Counted from the first letter of the stretch, positions 26,720 through 37,264 are shown. The stretch is 64,000 nucleotides of DNA from an uncultured Bacteroidales bacterium (GCA_964452905.1 CAYVNP010000001.1:93066-157065); one strand, 5' to 3'. Notes: a model not told the origin generated them from the sequence alone. Made by a program: numbers and translations.

Positions 26720-28825
26720 ATGACGTATAATTTTTTTGATACCCCTATTGAATACCTGAAAGGAGTTGGTCCCAAGCGGGGTGAGTCATTAAAAAAAGAA
26801 CTTGCTGTTTCCACCTTCAGTGATCTGATGGAAACCTATCCTTACAGGTACATTGACCGGAGTGTTTTTTATAAAATCAAAGACATACAAAGCGATAGCG
26901 CCTATATTCAGATCAAAGGAAGAATTTCAGATGTGCAGCAGATAGGCAAACAGAGAACAGCGCGACTGGTTGCTACGTTATCGGATGAGACCGGCTCCAT
27001 TGAACTGGTTTGGTTCAGAGGGATCAAATGGTATATCAATAAATTCAATTCAACCGAAGAATATATTGTTTTCGGGAAACCAAATATTTTTCAAAACAAA
27101 CTCAGCATTCCGCATCCCGAAATTGAACCTGTCAGCCATGAGCCGTTGCCTGTCAACGCCACGTTGCAGCCGCTCTACAGCACGACCGAAAAGTTGAAAA
27201 ACCAAGGTCTTGATAATAAAGCGATCGGTAAACTGACCAAAACACTTGTAACATCTGCAATTGGCAGCATACCCGAAAATTTAACCTTTCAACTGATCAA
27301 TGCCCTGCATCTGATTGACCGTGAAAAAGCATTGATCAACATACATCATCCTGAAAGTCAAGCATTGCTTGATAAAGCAATAGTTCGGTTGAAGTTTGAA
27401 GAACTTTTTTTTATTCAGTTAAAACTATTGAAATTAAAATTGGTCCGTACCGAAAAGATACAAGGGACCCGTTTTTCTGTTGTAGGTGACTATGTCAATG
27501 ATTTTTATAATAAGATTCTGCCGTTTGAACTGACCAATGCACAAAAGCGTGTCATAAAAGAAATACGTGCCGACATGGGGTCGGGCAAGCAGATGAACCG
27601 CCTGCTGCAGGGTGATGTGGGCAGCGGAAAAACGCTGGTCGCCTTGATGGCTATGCTGATCGCATTGGATAATAAATTTCAGACATGTCTGATGGCGCCT
27701 ACTGAAATCCTTGCCCAGCAACATTTTCAAACAATCTCCCGCCTGGTTGAAAAATTAAATATTACGGTCAGTCTCCTGACGGGTTCAACTAAAAGTAAAC
27801 AACGGAAAGTATTATCTGAAGAACTGATCAGCGGAAATTTACAAATCGTGATCGGCACGCATGCATTGATTGAAGAACATGTTAAATTCAATAATCTCGG
27901 GCTGGTCATCATTGATGAACAACATCGTTTCGGTGTGGAGCAACGTGCAAAGCTATGGGAAAAAAATTCCATTATGCCGCATGTGCTGGTTATGACCGCC
28001 ACACCTATTCCGCGCACACTTGCCATGACGCTGTACGGAGACCTTGATGTGTCGGTAATTGACGAACTTCCACCGGGAAGAAAATCAATCAAAACCCATC
28101 ACCTCAATGATTCGCATCGTCTGCGCCTGTTCGGATTCATGAAAGAACAGATCAAACATAAACATCAGATTTATGTTGTTTATCCGATGATCAATGATTC
28201 TGAAACCCTTGATCTGAAATACCTGATGGATGGCTATGAGAGTATCGTCAGAGAGTTTCCTTTACCGCATTACAATGTCAGCATCATGCATGGGCAGATG
28301 AAACCTGCGGATAAGGATTTTGAAATGCAACGTTTCATCAAAGGGGAAACGCAGATCATGGTGTCAACCACCGTAATTGAAGTGGGCGTGGATGTTCCGA
28401 ATGCATCTGTCATGGTGATCGAAAGCGCACAACGATTCGGGTTATCCCAGTTGCATCAGTTGAGAGGCAGGGTGGGCAGAGGCGCTGCTCAGTCCTATTG
28501 TATCCTGATGACAGATAAAAATCTTTCTGCAGATGCCTACAAACGAATAGAAACCATGGTGCGCACAAATGACGGGTTTGAAATTGCCGAAGCGGACATG
28601 CGACTGCGTGGACCGGGCGACCTGCAAGGAACACAGCAGAGCGGACTACCGGATCTTAAACTGGCTGATATTGTCCGCGATGAAAAAATGCTTACCTATG
28701 CACGTACACTTGCGATCCAACTACTGGAAGACGATCCGCAACTTGAAAAAGAAGAAAACAAATCTTTGAGAAAACACCTGGATACGCTGGCAAAACATGC
28801 TCATAACTGGGGATTGATCAGTTGA
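26720..28825 (+). CDS. recG: ATP-dependent DNA helicase RecG
   Basis: 701 aa with a wedge domain, Walker A (GDVGSGKT), DEQH, and the TPIPRT and QLHQLRGRVGRG motifs. Confidence 0.96.
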   Translation: MTYNFFDTPIEYLKGVGPKRGESLKKELAVSTFSDLMETYPYRYIDRSVFYKIKDIQSDSAYIQIKGRISDVQQIGKQRTARLVATLSDETGSIELVWFRGIKWYINKFNSTEEYIVFGKPNIFQNKLSIPHPEIEPVSHEPLPVNATLQPLYSTTEKLKNQGLDNKAIGKLTKTLVTSAIGSIPENLTFQLINALHLIDREKALINIHHPESQALLDKAIVRLKFEELFFIQLKLLKLKLVRTEKIQGTRFSVVGDYVNDFYNKILPFELTNAQKRVIKEIRADMGSGKQMNRLLQGDVGSGKTLVALMAMLIALDNKFQTCLMAPTEILAQQHFQTISRLVEKLNITVSLLTGSTKSKQRKVLSEELISGNLQIVIGTHALIEEHVKFNNLGLVIIDEQHRFGVEQRAKLWEKNSIMPHVLVMTATPIPRTLAMTLYGDLDVSVIDELPPGRKSIKTHHLNDSHRLRLFGFMKEQIKHKHQIYVVYPMINDSETLDLKYLMDGYESIVREFPLPHYNVSIMHGQMKPADKDFEMQRFIKGETQIMVSTTVIEVGVDVPNASVMVIESAQRFGLSQLHQLRGRVGRGAAQSYCILMTDKNLSADAYKRIETMVRTNDGFEIAEADMRLRGPGDLQGTQQSGLPDLKLADIVRDEKMLTYARTLAIQLLEDDPQLEKEENKSLRKHLDTLAKHAHNWGLIS

Positions 28826-28852
28826 AACGAAAATAAAATTTAGTAAATTTTA

Positions 28853-28925
28853 ATTTACCCACTCCCCAGCCCTCTCCCTATGAATAGAGAGAGTGAGACA
28901 GGGTGAGGGTCAAAGAATTAAGCGC
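28853..28925 (+). repeat. Palindromic REP-like element, copy 1 (aatttaccc...ggtgagggtcaaagaattaa)
   Basis: It shares both ends with the copy at 30312-30391. It lies between the convergent recG and the 432-aa gene. Confidence 0.6.
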
Positions 28926-28942
28926 TCAATAATAACAATTTT

Positions 28943-30241
28943 TTATTTTCTCCTCCACGCAATACCGATTTTAATACCGAGATTGAATGTTGGTTTCCAC
29001 ATATATTTATATACCTTTTGAGGTTCAGGATATATAATCTCTTTATGAAAGAGATCGTTATATTCACTGTATCGCGTTATTAAATCATCAATATATCTTA
29101 TTCCAAGCCCGGTATAAATATCATATATAAGGTTAGTCCGATTTGATGTTTTAAAAAACAAGTGTTTTAATCCCAACAGAAATTTAATCCCCCAAATTTT
29201 TTTTTGTTCAGATTGTAAATATTTTATGTAAAAAAAATTCCCACTTGAATATTCAAAATCTTCACGATAATATTTGTTTTCATAATATTTATAAAGAAAA
29301 TATGGTTCAGCAGTAACATACAAAAGTGTTTTTCGGTTACGATTACTATCGAAATAATAATTATAGGCAAGTGAAATGTATTTTGCATTTGTAATATTAG
29401 TTCCTATAATAAGCATTCCACGCGTTTGATTTACTAAACTCCAAATTCCTTTTTCAGTTTCATCGGTTGTAGCCCATTGATAAGCACCTTCTATTTTCAG
29501 ACTTTGTCTTTTAAAAACAAATCTTTCATATGAAACTCGAAGTTCGGTAATATAGGATGAAAGGATATTTAATGAAAAATAATTTTTAAAAAAAATGGTA
29601 TCTACAGGGTTTAATATCATTTTATTGTTGTTGTGATCATATTTATATGTTACCAATCCTGATTCATTATAGGCTTCAGTTGTATCAATCTCATGTCCAT
29701 ATTGATATTTAACTTTTAGCTTAGGAAAACCATTATAATAGTAACGAGTATATGTACCATGTTTTATGTGGCTCTCTGTTATAATTTGATAATCTTGTCT
29801 GATATGTCCCCTCCTGTAATAAATAACAGTTCTTCCTGTAATTATAACACCTTCATTTATTCTAAAATAGGATATAATATCATTAAAATGTCCACCAGGA
29901 GTATGTTTAATTGCAATTCCATTAAAAGGAGTTTTGTCATTTTTTGTTTTGAAATATTTTTTTAAATGTAAATTACATTCCTTTATTTGTTTAATAGAAA
30001 GTTTTTTAAAATCAACCGTGTCTGTTAGTTTGGTTTTACTTTGTATCAAACTATCAAAACAATATTTAAAGCAGGAAATATAATCTGAACAGGGCTTGAT
30101 AGATTTCTGTTTGGTATCTGGTACAATAATTTGTTTTATCTGTTTAAATTTCCTTTCTTCCAATGTATCTTTCTGGCACAATGCACCCTGTGCAAGCCCT
30201 ATGAATACGATGACTAAAAGGATTCTCATTTCTAAATCCAT
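28943..30241 (-). CDS. Hypothetical secreted protein (MORN/YwqK-like segment plus beta-rich C-terminal half)
   Basis: 432 aa with a signal peptide. It has a segment HGTYTRYYYNGFPKLKVKYQYGHE and a Y/F-rich beta pattern in the C-terminal half. Confidence 0.6.
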   Translation of the reverse strand: MDLEMRILLVIVFIGLAQGALCQKDTLEERKFKQIKQIIVPDTKQKSIKPCSDYISCFKYCFDSLIQSKTKLTDTVDFKKLSIKQIKECNLHLKKYFKTKNDKTPFNGIAIKHTPGGHFNDIISYFRINEGVIITGRTVIYYRRGHIRQDYQIITESHIKHGTYTRYYYNGFPKLKVKYQYGHEIDTTEAYNESGLVTYKYDHNNNKMILNPVDTIFFKNYFSLNILSSYITELRVSYERFVFKRQSLKIEGAYQWATTDETEKGIWSLVNQTRGMLIIGTNITNAKYISLAYNYYFDSNRNRKTLLYVTAEPYFLYKYYENKYYREDFEYSSGNFFYIKYLQSEQKKIWGIKFLLGLKHLFFKTSNRTNLIYDIYTGLGIRYIDDLITRYSEYNDLFHKEIIYPEPQKVYKYMWKPTFNLGIKIGIAWRRK

Positions 30242-30311
30242 TAAAAGACAGTATCAAATATAATAAATATATTTAAAAAAACTTAATTGGTGGTTAAAAA
30301 ATGATATTTGG

Positions 30312-30391
30312 AATTTACCCTCTCCCTTACTCCCTCTCCTCCGCCGGCTGGCGGAGGAGAGGGTTGGGGTGAGGGTCAAAGAATTAACCGC
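30312..30391 (+). repeat. Palindromic REP-like element, copy 2
   Basis: It contains a perfect 14-bp stem (ccctctcctccgcc / ggcggaggagaggg) and the same termini as copy 1, in the same orientation. Confidence 0.6.
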
Positions 30392-30430
30392 AGAAAGTAA
30401 TGCAGCACCAAAGGTCGTTTTAATAAAAAC

Positions 30431-30457
30431 AAAAAAGGTTGGCAATGCCAACCTTTT
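30431..30457 (-). terminator. Rho-independent terminator-like hairpin (strongest on the minus strand)
   Basis: Stem ggttgg caatg ccaacc, flanked by an A-run and a T-run. On the minus strand the stem is followed by ttttttgttttt. Confidence 0.55.
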
Positions 30458-30842
30458 CAAATGGTTAAAATGTTGTTTTATTTTTTAGGTTGCGGTTTAT
30501 GCTCCTGATGTTTCTTATGATCTTTATGTTGAGCAACATTCTTTTCATGTTTAACATCTTTCTTATCCTTTGTCAAATCCTTTTTATCTTTTGCTAATTC
30601 TTTTTTATCTTTATGAATCTCTTTCTGTTCTTTAACAGCTTTTTTATTTTCACCTCTTGCTAAAATTAATATCCGTATTTACATATTATCCTGTATCCTT
30701 TTTTAAGAAAAAAAAATATTTAGCCCAAGGGTTATTGGGAGTCCATTAGTACTCCATTAACCTATTGTGTACAAAAACAAATATTACAAAAAATATATTA
30801 TATTCGTGGTGCATTTTTAAAACCAATTTATTTATATTGTTT

Positions 30843-31487
30843 ATGTACCGATTAGTCCTGTTAATACAATTAATTCTGTTTCAGCTGATAGGTGCTGAAG
30901 CCCAATGGATACAATTATTTAACGGCAAAGACCTGACCGGATGGGAACATGTTGGTCCCGGGAATTTCATAGTTGAAAACGGATTACTTAAAACCAGCGG
31001 TGGCATGGGATTGCTCTGGTACACACCAAAAAAATTCTCGAATTGTATAATTAAAGTTGTGTATAAAACTGAAAAATTTCAATCGAATGCAGGGGTGTTC
31101 ATTCGCATCCCTGAAAAACCAACAGAGCCGTGGATGCCTGTCAATAAAGGATTTGAAGTGCAGATTCATGACGATGATGATGACTATCATGTAACCGGAA
31201 CGCTTTATTCATTCACCAAAGCAAAAGCAAAACCAAGTGTGGCAGATGATTGGAATACAATGGAAATAATCATGGACAGTCTTCGCACCATTACAAAAAT
31301 CAATGGGATCATCATTACTGATTTTAAGGACGGTGACCCTGTGCCTCTTAAAACTCAATCATGGGAACCTGACCGCGGTCCTCGTTCATGGGAAGGATAT
31401 ATTGGATTACAAAATCATGGCGATAATGATGTAGTATGGTTTAGAGAAATAAGCATTAAACCAAATAATAAATCAACGATGGATTAA
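30843..31487 (+). CDS. DUF1080 (3-keto-disaccharide hydrolase family) domain protein
   Basis: WIQLFNGKDLTGWEH...GLLWY...FEVQI.D...GYIGLQNHGDNDVVWFREISIKP. I prefer ATG 30843 (signal peptide) over the track TTG at 30765. Confidence 0.85.
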   Translation: MYRLVLLIQLILFQLIGAEAQWIQLFNGKDLTGWEHVGPGNFIVENGLLKTSGGMGLLWYTPKKFSNCIIKVVYKTEKFQSNAGVFIRIPEKPTEPWMPVNKGFEVQIHDDDDDYHVTGTLYSFTKAKAKPSVADDWNTMEIIMDSLRTITKINGIIITDFKDGDPVPLKTQSWEPDRGPRSWEGYIGLQNHGDNDVVWFREISIKPNNKSTMD

Positions 31488-31528
31488 AAAAATTTATCTA
31501 TATTAAAAAATAATTATTAACTTAAAAA

Positions 31529-32347
31529 ATGAATACCATGAAAAAAAATTACATTTCAATTGTACTACTTGCAGTTATTACATTTGCAACATTGACAAAC
31601 ACAAAAGCTCAGAAAAAATGGGTTTTCACGAACGGGTTTGACGGATGGTCCCGTTTTACAACAACCGGTTGGCCTTCAAAGGATTCAAGTAAATGTGTTA
31701 CGAACGCTCAGATTGATAATGGCGCCATACGAATCGATTTCACCTGTGGGGATGCCTATATATATTCACCGGTCATTAATATGAGCGCCTCAAACAATTT
31801 GGTTAAAGTAAGAATGAAAAATCCTACTCCTTCAACAGGAAGCCAGATCTATTTTATTACCGGTGATAATCCGGATTATATAAATGTGAATAATGGAAAT
31901 ACGTTTCATGTAGAATTTCCAATTTCATCGTATGATACAGATTTCCAAGATTACACCATTGATATGAGCGTGAATCCTGACTGGACAGGAAATATCATTC
32001 AGTTTCGTGTTGACCCAGCCAACAATACAGAAAATTCAAGTGTATATCTTGAATCTGTTGAATTAACCTATTACGGTGCATCTGTCCATGATTTATCTTC
32101 CCCTCAAAATGCAGTACAGTTAATTTCTGATCCTTCATCTAAAACAATCACCATCTCTTCTAATCAAAAAGAGTTCACCCCTGAAAGAATAAATATTTAT
32201 GATATAAATGGCAAACTGGTAATTTCATTAAAAGCAAATGAAACCGACAAACAAATCATAAATGTTGAACAACTGGAAAAGGGAATGTACAGTGTGCAGG
32301 TCATTGGGCAAGCCACCAGTATCTCCAAAAAAGTAATCATACATTAA
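31529..32347 (+). CDS. Secreted protein with T9SS type A C-terminal sorting domain
   Basis: 272 aa with a signal peptide. The C-terminal ~75 aa is ...INIYDINGKLVISL...GMYSVQVIGQATSISKKVIIH. Confidence 0.75.
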   Translation: MNTMKKNYISIVLLAVITFATLTNTKAQKKWVFTNGFDGWSRFTTTGWPSKDSSKCVTNAQIDNGAIRIDFTCGDAYIYSPVINMSASNNLVKVRMKNPTPSTGSQIYFITGDNPDYINVNNGNTFHVEFPISSYDTDFQDYTIDMSVNPDWTGNIIQFRVDPANNTENSSVYLESVELTYYGASVHDLSSPQNAVQLISDPSSKTITISSNQKEFTPERINIYDINGKLVISLKANETDKQIINVEQLEKGMYSVQVIGQATSISKKVIIH

Positions 32348-32360
32348 ATTATTCACAAAT

Positions 32361-34790
32361 ATGAAAATCAGACTTCATTATCTGTTTTTTTTTATCCTGA
32401 TTTTATTTTTTTTATATTCCTGCAAACAAAATAGATTTCAACCGAACTGGAAGTCATTGGAGCAGGTGAATCCAGCGCCTGAATGGTTCAAGGATGCAAA
32501 ATTCGGTATTTATTTTCATTGGGGCGTATACAGTGTACCTGCTTTTGGCAATGAATGGTATCCGCGAAATATGTTCAATGCCGGTTCCAATGAAAATAAA
32601 CATCATACGGAAACCTATGGTAATCCTAAAGACTGGCCTTATCATTTTTTTATAACAGGAGCAAAAGACCTCAAAGGAAATTCTATTCAGTTTGCTCCAA
32701 AGCTGAAATCAGAAGGCGGACAGTTTGATCCGGATGAATGGGCACAATTTTTCTCGGATGCTGGCGCACGTTTTGCCGGACCGGTTGCCGAACATCACGA
32801 TGGGTTCTCCATGTGGGCAAGTAAAGTGAATCCATGGAATGCAAAGGATATGGGGCCTAAACTGGATCTGGTCAAACTTTTAACTGATGCCATACGAAAA
32901 AAAAATATGAACGTATTTCTTTCAATGCATCATGCTTTCAATATTACAGGATATTATGAATTCGTTCCTAAAACAAATGATCCTAAACTGCAGATATTAT
33001 ATGGTCAGCAAAGCAAAGAAAAAAATGAACAACTGTGGCTTGATAAACACAAAGAGATCATTGATCAGTATCAGCCGGACATCATATATCAGGATTTTAA
33101 TCTGTCCAAAATAGATGAAAAATATCATCTGGAATTTTTATCGTATTATTATAACAAAGCCGATGAATGGAACAAAGAAGTCGTGACCACCTATAAAGAT
33201 GAGTACAATAAAAAATGTTCCATGCTTGATTTTGAACGTGGTGGTCCTGCCGACTTAACTGATTATTACTGGCTCACAGATGACGCCATCAGTTCATCCA
33301 GTTGGTGTTATACCGAGGGAATCAGCTATTATTCCAAAACCGCCCTTCTTCATGCCTTAATTGACAGGGTCAGTAAAAATGGCAATATGATTCTGAATAT
33401 TTCCCCCCGTCCGGATGGCAGTATTCCTCAGGGACAGAAAGATATATTGTTGGCAATGGGGGCATGGTTAAAGAAGTATGGTGAAGCCATTTATTCCACC
33501 CGTGCATGGGTGAAATATGGAGAGGGGTCAACGAAGATGGGCGCCGGACATGGCGTATTTACTGCTCCTCAGGAAGGTAAACCCGATGATATCCGGTTTA
33601 CAAGGTCAAAAGACAATACAATCCTTTATGCCATTTTACTGGCATGGCCGGGTGATCAGACGAAATTTACGATCAAGTCCCTGGCAACCACCCGAATTCA
33701 TTTACAATCCCTGAAAGAAGTTTCATTGCTTGCACCCGCAGGAAGCAAAAATATACCTCTCGCATTTTTTCAGGATTCAACAGGACTCCATATTACTCTG
33801 CCGGTCAAACCTTTAGAAGAAATGGCTTATGTAATCAAATTATCTTATAAAGGACAAATCCCTACCTATGATAATTATTTTGAACTGAATGAAACAGAAA
33901 AATATTATACCATCGTTTCTAAAGAAAACATGGGATTGAAGGTAAACAATACAGACAGCAAGGGGGCAGTAAATTTTTCTTCTGATAAAAAAAATCATGC
34001 CCAGCAATGGAAATTTGTTAAAACAGGGAAAGGATTCTACAAAATTCAAAACCGAAAAGATTCACAACTTGTGCTGGAATGCACTGAAAATACGGATAAA
34101 TCTATGATCGTTCATTTGGCTAACTATTCATCTGCCGATAATCAACAATGGAAACTGGTGAATGCTGACGACGGATTTTATTATATCCTGAATAAAAAAT
34201 ATACGAATTACGGTCTTGATTTTACAGGCCCTCCATCCAAGATCACACGCATTGAAAGTAAAAAATTTGATAAAGACAAATCCCACAAATGGGCGCTGAT
34301 GGATGTATGTGAAAAAATCCGGACACCCTTTAAACCCAATATTATCCCGGGAACCATTGAAGCGGAAGATTATGATAACGGCTGCCCGGATGAAGTATAT
34401 TTTGATTCAGACCCTCAATGCAGCGGTGGAGAATATCGGACTGAAAACGGCGTAGACATTGAAAAATGTATCAAAGGTGGCTACAATGTCGGATGGACTG
34501 CTACAGGTGAATGGCTTGAATATACCGTGAACGTTAAACATTCAGGTACCTATTCATTGAATATTCATACAGCTTCCGGTTCAAATGGAAATAAATTACA
34601 TATTGAATTTGACGGGATTGATAAAACCGGACCTGTTGTAATCAATACTACCGGAGGTATTCAAGTATGGAAAATCATCTCAAAAACATTTAAATTAACT
34701 GAAGGAAAACATATCATGAAGGTATTTTTTGATGTTGCCCCCGGCGGATGTAATCTGGATAAATTTGATTTTGTTTATAATAAACACTGA
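32361..34790 (+). CDS. GH29 alpha-L-fucosidase with ricin-type lectin and CBM6-like C-terminal modules
   Basis: The N-terminal half has FGIYFHWGVYSVPAFGNEWYPRNM and further GH29-like segments. QQWKF/QQWKL (QxW) repeats follow. The C-terminal module is IEAEDYDNG...GWTATGEWLEYTV. Confidence 0.9.
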   Translation: MKIRLHYLFFFILILFFLYSCKQNRFQPNWKSLEQVNPAPEWFKDAKFGIYFHWGVYSVPAFGNEWYPRNMFNAGSNENKHHTETYGNPKDWPYHFFITGAKDLKGNSIQFAPKLKSEGGQFDPDEWAQFFSDAGARFAGPVAEHHDGFSMWASKVNPWNAKDMGPKLDLVKLLTDAIRKKNMNVFLSMHHAFNITGYYEFVPKTNDPKLQILYGQQSKEKNEQLWLDKHKEIIDQYQPDIIYQDFNLSKIDEKYHLEFLSYYYNKADEWNKEVVTTYKDEYNKKCSMLDFERGGPADLTDYYWLTDDAISSSSWCYTEGISYYSKTALLHALIDRVSKNGNMILNISPRPDGSIPQGQKDILLAMGAWLKKYGEAIYSTRAWVKYGEGSTKMGAGHGVFTAPQEGKPDDIRFTRSKDNTILYAILLAWPGDQTKFTIKSLATTRIHLQSLKEVSLLAPAGSKNIPLAFFQDSTGLHITLPVKPLEEMAYVIKLSYKGQIPTYDNYFELNETEKYYTIVSKENMGLKVNNTDSKGAVNFSSDKKNHAQQWKFVKTGKGFYKIQNRKDSQLVLECTENTDKSMIVHLANYSSADNQQWKLVNADDGFYYILNKKYTNYGLDFTGPPSKITRIESKKFDKDKSHKWALMDVCEKIRTPFKPNIIPGTIEAEDYDNGCPDEVYFDSDPQCSGGEYRTENGVDIEKCIKGGYNVGWTATGEWLEYTVNVKHSGTYSLNIHTASGSNGNKLHIEFDGIDKTGPVVINTTGGIQVWKIISKTFKLTEGKHIMKVFFDVAPGGCNLDKFDFVYNKH

Positions 34791-34915
34791 TAATATTAAA
34801 GCATTCAGGTATTGCTGAAAAAATTTATTCTGATGACAAAGAAGTTGGTTTGTTATTCCATTTAAGAGAGAAAATAAAATTTAAATGTAACGTTTTTCAA
34901 ATCTGAATAATCATA

Positions 34916-35036
34916 TTATACCAATTCTTATTATAAAATATGCCATTGGCAATTTTATAATTTAGAATGGTTAATGCCGATCTACAATATGTTAAGAACA
35001 ATTTATTGGACTTTTACTTATTGAGTTTCGGTATTA
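34916..35036 (+). repeat. Left copy of a 121-bp inverted repeat (partner 46155-46275)
   Basis: 111 nt are identical (34916-35026), then one mismatch, then 9 more matches to the reverse complement of 46155-46275. It duplicates the upstream region and the first 20 codons of the HTH gene, giving a truncated ORF at 34967-35044 (MVNADLQYVKNNLLDFYLLSFGIKS). Confidence 0.85.
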
Positions 35037-35195
35037 AATCATAATAATCAGCGTTCTATTTTTGGCTGCTGAGTCGTGGCAATTTTCTTAATTATAAAGA
35101 AATATCTTATTCGATATAAACTCTAATAATAATAGACTAATTATTTTTTGACAAACTTTTATTATTCCTATCTTTGAGGAGTAAATAAAATTAAA

Positions 35196-37070
35196 ATGTT
35201 TTTATCCAAGCAACATGCACCCCGCTGGTTGATCCTTCTGCTTGATATGACCGTTTGTACGTTTTCGGTCATTCTGGCTTATCTGCTTCGTTTTGATTTT
35301 GGGAATTCACCGGATAAAGACTTTCATGCACTCCCCAAAGTATTGCTGTTTATCCTTTTGATCCGTACAATCATTTTTTTGATCACAAGAACATATGCAG
35401 GTATCATCCGACATACCGGGACAGGAGATACTGTTAAGATTTTTATTTCAACCCTTGCCGGCAGTTTGCTTTTTGTTGGTACAAATATCATTACATTTTA
35501 TTTTATCTCCGGTAGATATTTCATCCCTTTTTCTATCATCATCATCGATTTCTTAACGACTACATTTGTACTGATCGCATTTAGAATATTAATAAAAATC
35601 ATATATATTGAAAACTTTTATTTATTTAAAGAACAAACACAGGTCGTTATTTTTGGTGCCGGTGAGTCCGGATTATTTACCAAAAGAGCCCTCGACCGAG
35701 ATATGGGTATTCGTTACAAAGTAGCTGCCTTTCTGGATGATGATCCAAAAAAGATCAATAAAACACTTGAGCAGGTTAAAATCTACAGTTCCGATAAGTT
35801 AGATGAATTATTGAATGAGGAAAAAAATATCAATCAGGTTATTTTATCTGTTCAGCATCTTCATCCTGATAAGAAAAAAGAAATCATAGAAACATGTTTA
35901 TCGCATAATGTGCATGTCTTGACTGTACCGCCTGTCAGCAGTTGGATCAACGGAGAACTGAGCGTCAAACAGATCAAAGAAATCAATATTGAAGACCTGC
36001 TTGAACGTGCGATCATTAAGTTGGATGAAGAAAAGATCAAGAAAGAACTCATTGGCAAAACAGTACTGGTCACAGGCGCTGCGGGTTCCATTGGCAGTGA
36101 ACTGACAAGACAGATAGCCGTTTTTAAACCCGCTCAATTAATCCTGATCGATCAGGCGGAAACACCTTTGTTTCATCTTGAAGTTGAATTAAATGAACAC
36201 TTCAGAAACTGTAATTTCAAGATCATTGTTGCCGATATCAGGAACAAGAACAGGATGGAGTACATATTTAAACAATACAAACCGGATGTGATCTATCATT
36301 CAGCCGCATACAAACATGTTCCGTTGATGGAAAATAATGCGGTAGAAGCTGTTTCAACCAATATTGAAGGGACAAGAATCATAGCAGATCTATCCATTGA
36401 ATATGGAGTTAAAAAATTTGTCATGATCTCCACCGATAAAGCCGTGAATCCGACCAATATCATGGGGGCTTCCAAAAGAATCGCTGAAGTTTACACACAA
36501 TCACTGAATCAAAAAGAAGTGACTCGTTTTGTAACAACTCGCTTTGGAAATGTGCTTGGCTCGAATGGTTCAGTGGTTGAATTATTTAAGAAACAGATTG
36601 CACACGGTGAACCGCTTACGATCACTCATCCCGATGTAACACGCTTTTTTATGACCATTCCCGAAGCATGCCAGCTTGTTCTTGAAGCAGGAACAATGGG
36701 CAACGGGGGCGAGATATTTATCTTTGATATGGGCAGCCCCGTCAAAATTGTGGACCTTGCCAAAAAAATGATCAAACTTTCAGGATTGACATTGGGAAAA
36801 GATATTCAGATCGTTTTTACGCAATTACGCCCCGGTGAAAAATTATATGAAGAACTTCTCAATGACCATGAAAATACCATTCCTACACATCATCCACAGA
36901 TCATGATTGCCAAAGTGAAAGTTTACGATTTGGAACATTTTACTAAAGAAATGCTTGAACTGATCGAATTACTAAAAAGTCAGAATGATTTTGACATTGC
37001 AAAAAAAATGAAAAAAATGATTCCTGAATTCATCAGCAATAATTCAGTCTTTGAACAACTGGATGTTTAG
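35196..37070 (+). CDS. Polysaccharide biosynthesis protein, membrane-anchored NDP-sugar 4,6-dehydratase (CapD/PglF/WbpM family)
   Basis: 624 aa with an N-terminal 4-TM region, two Rossmann motifs (VIFGAGESG, VTGAAGSIGSEL) and YKHVP...STDKAV. Confidence 0.92.
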   Translation: MFLSKQHAPRWLILLLDMTVCTFSVILAYLLRFDFGNSPDKDFHALPKVLLFILLIRTIIFLITRTYAGIIRHTGTGDTVKIFISTLAGSLLFVGTNIITFYFISGRYFIPFSIIIIDFLTTTFVLIAFRILIKIIYIENFYLFKEQTQVVIFGAGESGLFTKRALDRDMGIRYKVAAFLDDDPKKINKTLEQVKIYSSDKLDELLNEEKNINQVILSVQHLHPDKKKEIIETCLSHNVHVLTVPPVSSWINGELSVKQIKEINIEDLLERAIIKLDEEKIKKELIGKTVLVTGAAGSIGSELTRQIAVFKPAQLILIDQAETPLFHLEVELNEHFRNCNFKIIVADIRNKNRMEYIFKQYKPDVIYHSAAYKHVPLMENNAVEAVSTNIEGTRIIADLSIEYGVKKFVMISTDKAVNPTNIMGASKRIAEVYTQSLNQKEVTRFVTTRFGNVLGSNGSVVELFKKQIAHGEPLTITHPDVTRFFMTIPEACQLVLEAGTMGNGGEIFIFDMGSPVKIVDLAKKMIKLSGLTLGKDIQIVFTQLRPGEKLYEELLNDHENTIPTHHPQIMIAKVKVYDLEHFTKEMLELIELLKSQNDFDIAKKMKKMIPEFISNNSVFEQLDV

Positions 37071-37264
37071 TATTATTTCTTACTTGTTGGTCAAGGTACA
37101 AAATTTCATAAAAACTTTTTTATTCACTTCTTTTATTGAGATTTCTCTAAATTAAATTCCTTTCTTTTTTATATTTGTATTTGGGTGTTTGAAAAATTTC
37201 ACGTACGTTTGTAGTAGAGTGCCAACCCAAAAACAATTTTTTTCTTGTACGGAAAAATCTGATC

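Noticed and set aside
28853-30391. Idea that the two palindromic elements are integron attC sites flanking a cassette
   Set aside because: There is no GTTRRRY/RYYYAAC core pair at the ends, no intI gene or attI in the window, and the element resembles common CT-rich/GA-rich terminator palindromes.
30254-30460. 68-aa ORF on the minus strand
   Set aside because: It is a read-through of the palindromic REP-like element (TLTPTLSSASRRRRGSKGEG) and the terminator. It is not a plausible protein.
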